DNA of 37,978 bases from a bacterium (GTDB lineage: Bacteria; Muiribacteriota; UBA6191). Positions 13,001 through 19,339 of this stretch are shown piece after piece. Positions within the stretch are counted from its first letter, which is position 1; each line of letters begins with the position of its first letter. The stretch lies in NCBI GenBank assembly GCA_036339875.1, contig JAYZAC010000045.1:1-37978 (forward strand), given 5' to 3'. The position numbers and the translations under genes were made by a program. Below the pieces are notes generated by a model. The model saw only the letters and a program-made list of their open reading frames with translations, did no database searches and was not told the origin of the DNA.

Positions 13001-16000
13001 TTATCTGGGAATCTTTAATCATTGATGCGGTAACCGCATCGTCTGCAATTTTACTCGCTGTGATCTCTTCATCTGGAATATGATTAGAATTAACCGAGAG
13101 ATTTTTTATATTACTCGATAAAATACTATTTGGAGCAGCAACTCGAGCATCAATCTGAGAATCGATTATATGCCCCTCTGTGACTGCGGAGTTGGCGAAT
13201 TTAGATTCAATTACTGCATCTAATACCCAATGCTCTGTTAAGATATTGGCGGGTTTAATTGCTGCGGTACTCATGGCGTGATCCGAGACTTTAAGACTCA
13301 GTATGGCGGCGTTGGAGAACTTCTCAAGAGTAATTGCTTGATTGCCAATTTTAACTGTAGAAATTGTATCAGTTAGCCATTTTGTTTCTACCAAACTATC
13401 ACTACCAAAATCTGCGTCAAGTAACGATAGATCAATGATATTGGTGGAACTGACCGTATTATTAGAAATCTTATCCTTAGTAATTGCGGCATCAGCAAAT
13501 GACTTTGAACTTAGTGTATTCTCCGCGACGCTATTGCTCTTAAAAGTATTGTCATCGATATTATTAGCTAGTAACGCCTCGTCTTCAAACATTCTTGCTG
13601 TAATACTTAAATTTTGAATCTTTAAACCAGATAGCGTTGCTGTCTTTATATCTTCATGAGCGATAGAGCTTAAGGCAAATTGTAAGTCAGTTACTGTATC
13701 ACTTGGTATGTGACTGGACATCAAGACATTGTTGGCTATTTTAGCTCCCGTAATATTGCGGTCTTCAATTTTTTCACTGGTAATGGCCTCATTGCTAATT
13801 TTATGTTGGGCCGAATCACTACTAGAGGTGATCGTTGAATTTTCGATATCTTCTGCTTTGATAGTAAAAGAAACGAGTTTTGAAAAATCTACTGAATTAT
13901 CTACTAATGCTGTACCACTGAGTGTATTTGTACTGATATTAGATTCTATAATGGTTAAATCCAATATTTTAACCGAGGTTATTGAGTCTGAGCCAAAGTC
14001 TGAGTTAGTGAGCGTTAATTGAGCTAATTCTGAATTTTGAACAGTATCTTGTTTGATTTTAATTGTAGAAATAGATAAATCGTCAAAATTGGTATCGATT
14101 AGTGAATCTATAATGATCTTATTTGAATCAACAGCGCCTTTCGATATATGAGTTGTAATTAAGGATTGATCTGCAATTTTGTCTGTGGTGAAGGCTTGAT
14201 TTGCAAACACTCTAGCCGTAAGTGTTTTTGATTGAACTTTTGCGACTGAAATTTGATTTGTTGTCAAATGGTAACTTTTAATACTTTCGTTCTGTAGAAG
14301 AGTACCATCAATCTGACCAACTTTTATGTGTCTATTTAAGATACTTTTATCGGAGAGATCAATACCTAAAATCTCTTCATTGGCAATTGAACTTCCATCA
14401 AACGTATTTGCTTGAATATGAGAACTGTTGATTGTTCCGTCTAGAATATTTTCATTAGCAATAATATCATCGCTAAATATATTTTCGACCAAACTATTAT
14501 CCTGAATCTTTATAGAGTCTATTGTTTCACTAAGAATTGCAGAATAGCTAGTCGCAGAGCCTGCAATATTGCTTACTTCAGCGCCAGAACCTTTAAATGT
14601 TTGTGCTATCACTGTGCCAGAACTTAAAGCTCCCATTTTTAAGCTACCATCATAAGAATATACGCTAAATAGAGGTTTTGTCCCCGAATTTTGATCTGGC
14701 CTAACAGACAGTATAAGACCATCGGATGTGAACAAATATTGACCATGTAAGGCTTTAGTCGTAGCAGTAGTATTTACAGAATCAGGAATTGAGTTATTAA
14801 TGTCTCGACGAGCTAGATTATAAATTTCTACTCCACCGAAGAGATTATGATGATGAAGGTAGTCGGCGTTTTTCTTGTTAATTAATGAGTCTAAATCACC
14901 TGGTGTCATAAGGTGTCCTTCACCAGTAGAGATAGCGGAGATCCTCAGACCAGAATTTTGATTGACGTGAATAATAGATTTTCGAAAGTAAGAACTACCG
15001 ACGAAAGTGATATCTTGCGATTTATTAACAATTAATGAATCTGCATCAAGAATTCTAGTACCGGGACTCTGATTCTGAGTGTCAATTATTAATTTTGATA
15101 ATCGAATTTGTTCAGCGGTGGCATTTTTTAAGACTTCTAAAGATTGTAATCTTGTATCTTGGTTAGGATTAACTACATATTGATTTTCAAGATCTACAGC
15201 AAAAGGTGCCGTCAAAGAGTTTTCTGCATAAAGGCTAGATTCAATTTCCAAAGTTTCAATAATGGACTGACTCGAGGGGTCAATGTAACGAGATGATTGT
15301 GCGTTCAAATCTCTATAGGTCTTAAAGTAACCAGTTGTAAATTTTAAGCGGTCAGCGCTCAAGCCAGCAATTTTTAGATTTTTTTGACCTGTAATACCAA
15401 TATTTACGGTAGTGATTGAGTTTTTTGAATCAGAGATTGAAAGAAGCGAAGCCGAATCAGTTGTTATATCGATAGCATGAGCAAATCTAATTTTACCTTT
15501 AAAGTTTACATTATTTTGGACTGTAACATTACCTTTTGGCTCAACTCTGAAAACTGTTTGGTACGTACTTGGATGCATAGAGATCAGACTACTTGTGATA
15601 ATCGTAAATTTATCCATACTCGTATCTGCATTGAATGTAATATCACCTCCTTCGACACTTAAACTGCCTAAAGTTTCAAGATCTTCTATAAACAGGTCAG
15701 AGTCTAAGATAATACTAACAGCAGTCATGTTTCCTTCATCATCAACACTGAATGTTTCTATTCCTGAATTGACAAGTGAAAATGAATTTTTCCAATTTAG
15801 ATTATCTTCAACATTCATATCTCCGTTGAGCACAAGAGAACTATTAGAACTAACATCTTGTGAGACGAGTAGTTCATCATTGACCGTTGTTTTACTGGTA
15901 TTTTCGTATGAATCCGCTATATGTGCGATTTCTAGAATCGATTCGTTATTTGGGTCCAAAACATAGCTATTATTGTCCTGATCAACTAATTTACGGGCAT

Positions 16001-18788
16001 GGATAAATTCTACGGCAGTTACATAACCTTGAATGTTAGCAGACCCTACATGATTTATAGCCTGTGTTAATACTAAGTCGCCATCAATGCTGAGATTTCC
16101 ACCCGAATTGCTACCATCATCTTTAAGTTCAAGACTGTGCAATTTAGTGATCTCAGATGGATCAATTAAATAATCGGATTCCGTATTAAAGTCGAGAATT
16201 TTAAGACTTTTTACAGAGGCGTTTGGATCCTCAACGATTAGATTTTGTTCGGTTTCGAAATTGTTGACCGTCAATAAATCTGAGATCGTAAGATCCGATT
16301 TCAGAGTGAAACTACCGCTTACTATTAAATCGTTCGCTACCTTTAACTTTCTCAAAACGCTCGTGTTCGTTGGCTCTACAATATAATTGGGATTATCAAG
16401 ATCAGAAAATTTATTAGCCTTTGCTTTTACATTTGCTAGTAAAGAAGTCTGAGCAGAAACTATATGAGTAAAATCTGCAGAACCTTCCACATTCATTTTT
16501 CGATCAATGATAATTTCACCAGTTACCGTCAAATCCTCGAGTACTGATTTGTCACCAGGGTGAATTACATAACTTTGGTCATCAAGATCAATAAACCTCT
16601 CTGCTTGCAAAGCAGACATACCGGACATTATTCTTTGATTGATTCCGACTGTTGTTGGGAAGGATATATCTCCAGAAACTACAGTTTCTCCGGGCAAGTA
16701 AAAATAGGGTGGCCGACCACCGGCCTTTCTATCAAATCTAAGGTTTCCGCCAGCTAGTCCCGAAGGATTTTTTTCAATATTTAAGTCACCCCAAGAACTG
16801 AGATGTTTACCAATTTCTATTTTTTTATTAAAAGTTGAGTTACCCGCGGCAACATCAAGCCCGACTTCCGTATTGGTAGATTCATGTAGAAATTCGATAC
16901 TATCTACATCAGAGTTTAGAGATCCTATTTGAGCTGGGAATTCTTTACTTAGATGACTTGTACCAATATAAGCATCTACCTCGAGGCCTTTAGCCTTTGC
17001 AGCAACAACTTTATCCGCGGCTCGGATCTCTTGAAACACATTTACCCCTGTCAATGTGTTAACAATAGTCTTGTTTACAGCATCTGTTGGAAGTAGTTTT
17101 TTATCAACGCGAAGGGAAGACGCATTGATTATGTCGATCAACATTTTGGCCGTTGCTTCCTCTAGAACATTATGTACGTGATTACCGGCAAAAAACTTCT
17201 GACCCTCACTAGGATTATCTTCTCTAGTGATAAAATTAGGATGGTCTGAAAAAAGAGTATCTGCGCATGCGAGATCATAGCCCTCTAGTTCACTATTAGA
17301 AATCCCCTGACATGGATCAATTTCGTAATATTTATCATCAGACCTAGTTCCCTCTTTTGCATTACAATAGTTTTCTCTCAAAGCCATGTAATACTTATCT
17401 TTACCATGCTGCGGTCCACACACTGGCGCGGTACTCAGTAGTTCAAAAAGAGAATAAGCATTCAAAGGACTTTTGAGTGCATTATTACTGGTTATATTCT
17501 CGGTATACTCTGGATTCTTTGGATCCCTACTAATATCTGTTCGAGTATATAGAATGAGACTGTCTAATACTGATAATCCGCCTGGTGATATTTGATATTT
17601 CACTTGGGTATCAATACTTGGGTAGGGTGAAATCAATTTAGGGGTATAAACTAAACTATCGCTGCCCGATAACTTGATGTAAGCGGGCTCAGAGCTTGTT
17701 AGAGGTCCCTCTAAAGTGAACTCACCCTTTGAATCTTCTTCCACGCTACCATCAAATTCAATGTTTTTGGATCCAATCTCTAACGCATTAATAAGAGTTG
17801 GTTTATACTCGACTTGCTCGGTAGGATAAGGGTCGATCAGATAGTCAGCATATTTGGATCCATCCGGAATACAATTTTCGAATTGTGGATCACAGTATTC
17901 GAGCTTTGGTCCTCGAATTGTACCCTCTGTAATAAGATCATTAACTCGGATATTTCCTGTGACATTTGCGGCGGCTGCATAGAGGTCACCTGGAACCGTA
18001 TAGGCACCTATGGTATAGGGTTTGATTGTTAAACTACCCCCTAATTTTATGTTACCGTTTTCGATATATACCGCGATGTCTTCCACATTCTCATTGGGAG
18101 ATATTAGCGGTTCTCCCCATGGTGTCTCTGAGCTTGTCGAAGATGGCACATAGTCTATTACATTAAGATCATTAGGGTAGTCGATTATCAAACCCTTACC
18201 TATGTTTGCCTCTGCAACTTCACTTTTGGTCCAATTGATTTCTACATTATGAAAAACCTCATCCAAGGTATCTGGAGAGTAAATTTCGAGTAGGGCGTTC
18301 ACATTGTTCGGTGTACCTGTACCTCGGAATGGAATAATTTTTAGAGTACCTTCTTTTAAATCGGGGCCTTTTTTTGCTACTGAAGAAACAGAATATGGAT
18401 TACCATCGATCGACATCGGCCCCAAATAGGAGGCTTGTTCATTTGTACCAAATGGTACGATCTTTATGGTTAACTCCTTTGGAGTATCGGTTCTAAATAG
18501 ACCTTTAGTAAGCGGGTTATACACACCTAGGCGTTGAAAAAAAACTCCATCTTTAACACTAATTTTCTCGTAGAATTCATACCAAATATTTTCGTCGCTG
18601 GTATCAAAGGGGGGTAAATCTCCCTCAGGGTGAATGTAAAAATGCATAGAAAAGGTATTGTTTAATGGTGCACCCGTTTCTTGGGATTGAATAAATCCTT
18701 GATAATTGATGGTCTGAACTAGGCCTTCATTGGCGTAGTTAGAGCCCAGTGATAATAGAGTAAATACAGTAAGAAGCAGAATGCGCAC
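4053..18788 (-). CDS. Giant (4911 aa) secreted mosaic fibre/adhesin-like protein A with 10-aa repeat shaft, inserted beta-propellers, Kelch domain and C-terminal Cys-containing domain
   Basis: 14.7-kb ORF with GTG start and Sec-type signal peptide (MRILLLTVFTLLSLGSNYA). N-terminal TINYQG..P..F.I..W.E..V.DG.F..LG domain, repeats such as AITSEKIEDR/NITGAKIANN, Asp-box motifs (SYDGGESF, TTNGGSSW), six Kelch repeats and HxH motifs. Confidence 0.9.
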   Translation of the reverse strand: MRILLLTVFTLLSLGSNYANEGLVQTINYQGFIQSQETGAPLNNTFSMHFYIHPEGDLPPFDTSDENIWYEFYEKISVKDGVFFQRLGVYNPLTKGLFRTDTPKELTIKIVPFGTNEQASYLGPMSIDGNPYSVSSVAKKGPDLKEGTLKIIPFRGTGTPNNVNALLEIYSPDTLDEVFHNVEINWTKSEVAEANIGKGLIIDYPNDLNVIDYVPSSTSSETPWGEPLISPNENVEDIAVYIENGNIKLGGSLTIKPYTIGAYTVPGDLYAAAANVTGNIRVNDLITEGTIRGPKLEYCDPQFENCIPDGSKYADYLIDPYPTEQVEYKPTLINALEIGSKNIEFDGSVEEDSKGEFTLEGPLTSSEPAYIKLSGSDSLVYTPKLISPYPSIDTQVKYQISPGGLSVLDSLILYTRTDISRDPKNPEYTENITSNNALKSPLNAYSLFELLSTAPVCGPQHGKDKYYMALRENYCNAKEGTRSDDKYYEIDPCQGISNSELEGYDLACADTLFSDHPNFITREDNPSEGQKFFAGNHVHNVLEEATAKMLIDIINASSLRVDKKLLPTDAVNKTIVNTLTGVNVFQEIRAADKVVAAKAKGLEVDAYIGTSHLSKEFPAQIGSLNSDVDSIEFLHESTNTEVGLDVAAGNSTFNKKIEIGKHLSSWGDLNIEKNPSGLAGGNLRFDRKAGGRPPYFYLPGETVVSGDISFPTTVGINQRIMSGMSALQAERFIDLDDQSYVIHPGDKSVLEDLTVTGEIIIDRKMNVEGSADFTHIVSAQTSLLANVKAKANKFSDLDNPNYIVEPTNTSVLRKLKVANDLIVSGSFTLKSDLTISDLLTVNNFETEQNLIVEDPNASVKSLKILDFNTESDYLIDPSEITKLHSLELKDDGSNSGGNLSIDGDLVLTQAINHVGSANIQGYVTAVEFIHARKLVDQDNNSYVLDPNNESILEIAHIADSYENTSKTTVNDELLVSQDVSSNSSLVLNGDMNVEDNLNWKNSFSLVNSGIETFSVDDEGNMTAVSIILDSDLFIEDLETLGSLSVEGGDITFNADTSMDKFTIITSSLISMHPSTYQTVFRVEPKGNVTVQNNVNFKGKIRFAHAIDITTDSASLLSISDSKNSITTVNIGITGQKNLKIAGLSADRLKFTTGYFKTYRDLNAQSSRYIDPSSQSIIETLEIESSLYAENSLTAPFAVDLENQYVVNPNQDTRLQSLEVLKNATAEQIRLSKLIIDTQNQSPGTRILDADSLIVNKSQDITFVGSSYFRKSIIHVNQNSGLRISAISTGEGHLMTPGDLDSLINKKNADYLHHHNLFGGVEIYNLARRDINNSIPDSVNTTATTKALHGQYLFTSDGLILSVRPDQNSGTKPLFSVYSYDGSLKMGALSSGTVIAQTFKGSGAEVSNIAGSATSYSAILSETIDSIKIQDNSLVENIFSDDIIANENILDGTINSSHIQANTFDGSSIANEEILGIDLSDKSILNRHIKVGQIDGTLLQNESIKSYHLTTNQISVAKVQSKTLTARVFANQAFTTDKIADQSLITTHISKGAVDSNKIIIDSLIDTNFDDLSISTIKIKQDTVQNSELAQLTLTNSDFGSDSITSVKILDLTIIESNISTNTLSGTALVDNSVDFSKLVSFTIKAEDIENSTITSSSDSAQHKISNEAITSEKIEDRNITGAKIANNVLMSSHIPSDTVTDLQFALSSIAHEDIKTATLSGLKIQNLSITARMFEDEALLANNIDDNTFKSNSVAENTLSSKSFADAAITKDKISNNTVSSTNIIDLSLLDADFGSDSLVETKWLTDTISTVKIGNQAITLEKFSNAAILSLKVSDHAMSTAAIKPANILTEHWVLDAVIESKFANSAVTEGHIIDSQIDARVAAPNSILSSNIKNLSVNSNHIPDEEITASKIADDAVTASMIKDSQINEGKFGLLSIISSNFKQGSVTNIHIDLNTLSSRVIAEKQVLTTHIKDAAITNSRIKDSQIDSRVIFNSAIIHSLIESYALQTSDFALGILTDSQFASKVITAGKIKDDSIAENLWVSADLFSYHVDPYTITSASLDDQIITSAKIASQTISGSHIEDGSITDLDLAADAMVTAVFDSEVITSGLIKNNSLLAQDFGALSLLTTHYDSRIFENSHFTNNSILTTHIIDFTLESSVFASDSITAGKIDNRSSLSRGFKAVSKSPNLSNPSQILELNSGKILVFDNTHGIYRLDSANSPILSKVSSLTGSFGKAMTYKKRVWVMIGSKLYSSSYEGLGMREMTDFGSDIQDFYFEDEFHGFLTTDSKAYYSYDGGESFRLVKTGSSFRKVFSISDLQHSWLIKSNGQTLYTTDEYLNESVLALAVNAQIDSNFSFWMHSPTEGLFLDDDTLVNTSDNWSNDASNTQLNTPFFFSDSSGNNIFITTAGLSRYTLWTNLSGSTDTSFSEYSSPSLVAEAAHISETDTWVILYKHTSENDYFVARTSNQGSSYSISSLGITNTNLSKYSRLQSYDGTNIFLTRGNHSIKSNNNGLDWISQSLTTPLSYAYDIYFVDANNGFAVFDSPNNNHRGIYKTTNGGSSWSQTGQTVTTAHLLAATSSKAFAIQFGGTQLWASADGFSTKNTTDFGGAVLQDLQIFSGTAYFSGSNGLLGKVSATNLSNVSTYVAKTDETFTAVSKAGTSIILGSSSGKMYLVTSFNELATELNAYSSTNKIYDLCARDENEFLTVGLGSDTKISFDQGASWDKLLEEQYDSILFSSCYWKNDGTVILGAGNELMLVTKHGEGVESLRIAKDEIADNDLESGFNSDHLIEDTIGNDKFSNNSINDSKILTGSLIESKIDDNAVGSSELNAMAIITRTIQDEAITHEKIGSDIDASSKIGDDVLTGGDFSDLGGIDYALIQSDTIDSRLFSETTANQLTDGDLNTAAIQTQHLDHFTFNGQLIKNNELTSDKISDSSISAFNIQSGALTSNKIEADTFDTRQIASFAISNSQVANGSIVTLTLADKEYWSDAIKNAELNENSLKDDSFEAKQFRSRVFNNNLIQDNSVDFNNLVSETIRADQIKDNSIDAIDFKTNSITSDKLETGAIDTSLIATNSVKGEFILDGDIESSKIHSEAISGVLLIKHTIESDRLQTNTFKDVDLAKNEVTKSKIHSRTLSNSHFENLAKANFATGSFSTKGGRLYQSDSNSIYVQGVNTAQKTLATHGRGSQLSYARISPDGSKVAFISGGKIYWADRTFDRVRATNLNYDGTSDQFLIWSNDNRVIYHFDDSNDQIFAYNIITKSNTEGPTVSGGGGSKLVFNPDDPSEWARLNANGSLDTSDGNCAASGTTFTELEISQTDAVLFVAKNNSNELGACSYGASFSYSSVLSTDPKYIKAHPLRSDRLFYFQGDDLYQIEVPFNNARNLLTASMTNNDDKLRSWIFSGHVLEDDAIENDNLANSILTSSHLADLSIVSDSFNGAVIVSDHIQTDAVESSHIAATTLDQSVFASAVISAGNLEDGTLEGKYFTESSISKSRILSGDIRASKIDDDSIGNSELEVNIISQSKVSSKSILTTHMISEIVSSSSMIADSIIDASFIKTKEVSSFHVVNSAINSIKISSEQIYPRVLNSEAITKSKLIINSLLGTDFDSDVVTVAKLETNAFDKGDGFIVTIENGVVKRYDWDGSNTETINNTKTWSKLQNTAHGNRLSVFADDQSYEMSFISGAIRNPEYRPVSARSVLSTTDNQDFVIGGNSWIELDNPGSSFAKGAYAVANSKLYLFGGDNGSLQSNVQEYEPSSRTWSSKTSMSGGARSNMAAVELDGLIYVIGGKNDDGALSRVEVYDPVADSWSNASDLPSSLYDISAVAINERVYVFGGNTGSGDEAFTYEYNPGSDAWATMADMNGDRSATAAAVYNNKAYVFGGNGPNTKVEEYDPSNNNWSDKEAMPIARAGASAVTLGDQIYVAAGSGNSGELNILKKYNPTDNTWSGALDNLASSVSNAAIAAIDGLIYFVGGTSNGSAKDQMQVYFKGEADHLWIYQDGAPNTRIDTGVIVSAGMDYSPQINKLAYIAQLNSDNLIRIYDGTSASTEQNLGNNSISKPVFNKDGTKLFFIQGNTIQKRVLGDSTTQLVDLGVAITDLKVSIETDKVYYVSDGNLYSYDDSSNLLIDAPDNITEFEVIPYSMFDEDQIDDRLASGVFDSKHIASRLFDDTSFTAGTLDEDELANSVITGAILTNNAITADKYAGTVAGTKIASQAITSSIIVNESITTAKILDGGLKSINIMSGTLQANRLSGNIDGDKIENLTLTGLKFIENSIEEAKIQTASITQAKLKDTQISSANIANLTLQTTDFKTAEVNASVIADRILTDGNIQTNQIESSKIKANTLTDSVFDSAAVTYGHIKTLQIDNSKLANTTLQDDNFYFSSIDGTKLADNTLSEAMLSNKGIHGDDFESSIANDKVKAESLKGEDFITETIDVSKFKTKTVTGGAFGDGILSASQIADNALTDGNIADNTIDGSQLANNAVTSTKLAADTFNSSNFDNVFDDINISSLTLSNSDFSTEASKKLTSADFETIFADTRTVQNSSIQTAELIEDVLVKSSGDDGLRIDNNNIIQALLEDNSLIGNRFAEQAITKEDVSDNSLSISKIKSFVLTESRLDGAAVAEADLSTAAIIQLNIADKAVGEAKLTDNSFDEDDIYQIGGDEIQNLTGEKLKTDSIGSGLLSNLTSREIGLLETADLVNLTFDKNYFKDDGISTGSLDSSSKLTQGKFKNQIPSSKIKNNDIPYAKLNVGDNTTLAKIFGGDEANSEHLHDALSQILTGCSTNYILIGGDSQEAFCMSTPASNSTTIGAHKDEAHSIEIEGNNIRGKVCTIQQLIRAVEDGKNLNTALTSSSFTMESNGFGGKLKLLTRSNLGADGNGGLALSDVSSTQNYEMRYCY
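4064..4068 (-). promoter_or_regulatory. Candidate Shine-Dalgarno (GAGGT) for giant protein B, inside the last codons of protein A
   Basis: Minus strand reads GAGGT-attgtt-ATT, a 6-nt spacer to the in-frame ATT at 4057. Confidence 0.5.
6790..7620 (-). repeat. Six Kelch repeats (complete 6-bladed propeller) within protein A
   Basis: KLYLFGG, LIYVIGG, RVYVFGG, KAYVFGG, QIYVAAG and LIYFVGG. The first five are each followed by a Y-[DEN]-P-x-x-x-x-W motif. Confidence 0.9.
10490..12250 (-). repeat. Asp-box/BNR (YCF48/sialidase-like) beta-propeller region, ~585 aa, within protein A
   Basis: Repeated [ST]-x-[DN]-x-G-x-[ST]-[WF] motifs: YSYDGGESF, RTSNQGSSY, KSNNNGLDW, KTTNGGSSW, ISFDQGASW. Also F-x-D-x-x-x-G-F motifs (FEDEFHGF, FVDANNGF). 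Confidence 0.8.
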
Positions 18789-18841
18789 TCATTAAATTAG
18801 GCAAACCTCATACCAATAGAAATGTGACCCCTCTGGTACAG

Positions 18842-19336
18842 TTAACGACGTTGGTATGAAAATATAATTTCAGACAATCGCTTGTGAGTAATACTACTAC
18901 CTTGCCAAATGATTTCTCTTTGTGTGTCGATTAGTACGTAAAAGGGTATTTGTTTATTATTAAATAAACGATCAATAGTCATATTTTGATCAAACATTAA
19001 AGGAAATGAGATTCGGGCCTTTTTGATTTCTTTAATTCCATCATCCCATTGCGAGCAAATTCCTATGATATTGATTTTCTCAGATAAGTTTTTGAAAATA
19101 ATGTTGTTGCCTGAAATACTCATCATGCTCTCGGGTGACCAAAACTCCCATCGAATAAATAGTGTATATTTCTTGGGGTCAAAAACATAGTCCTCAGAGT
19201 GAGGCCCTTTTGGTAAAACTTCTAATTTTTTTCCACTTAGGTCAAGATAATCTGTCTCATAAAAAAAATAGTTATTACTGTAAAGCAACCAAGTTAATCC
19301 TAGTATACCTAGAAAGCCTATAATTGATTTAATCAC
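18842..19336 (-). CDS. Membrane-anchored thioredoxin-fold (TlpA/ResA-like) protein lacking CxxC
   Basis: N-terminal hydrophobic anchor; LDLSGK; WEFWSPES at the usual W-x-x-W-C-x-x-C position; FPLMFD; IPFYVLID (cis-Pro loop). Confidence 0.75.
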   Translation of the reverse strand: MIKSIIGFLGILGLTWLLYSNNYFFYETDYLDLSGKKLEVLPKGPHSEDYVFDPKKYTLFIRWEFWSPESMMSISGNNIIFKNLSEKINIIGICSQWDDGIKEIKKARISFPLMFDQNMTIDRLFNNKQIPFYVLIDTQREIIWQGSSITHKRLSEIIFSYQRR

Positions 19337-19339
19337 AAC

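Larger units (their letters stand above)
4500..14550 (-). repeat. Degenerate 10-residue (30-bp) coding repeat shaft, consensus approx. [SA]-I-[TD]-x-x-[KH]-[IF]-x-[DN]-x, in four blocks (~14550-12260, ~10480-9300, ~8550-7890, ~6330-4500)
   Basis: Periodicity is visible directly in the translation (e.g. EITASKIADD AVTASMIKDS QINEGKFGLL). It is highly diverged at DNA level. Block edges are approximate. Confidence 0.85.

Noticed and set aside
4248..18032. Short ORFs inside the giant gene (e.g. 6070, 6686, 11027, 11879, 13342, 13729, 15477, 15595, 16560, 17814)
   Set aside because: Antisense or alternate-frame shadows; their Ser/Leu/Ile-rich composition mirrors the sense codons and they carry no motifs.
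1..18788. Prophage or tailocin interpretation of the tail-fibre-like motifs
   Set aside because: Both proteins have Sec-type signal peptides, and no capsid, baseplate, sheath, integrase or lysis genes are present.
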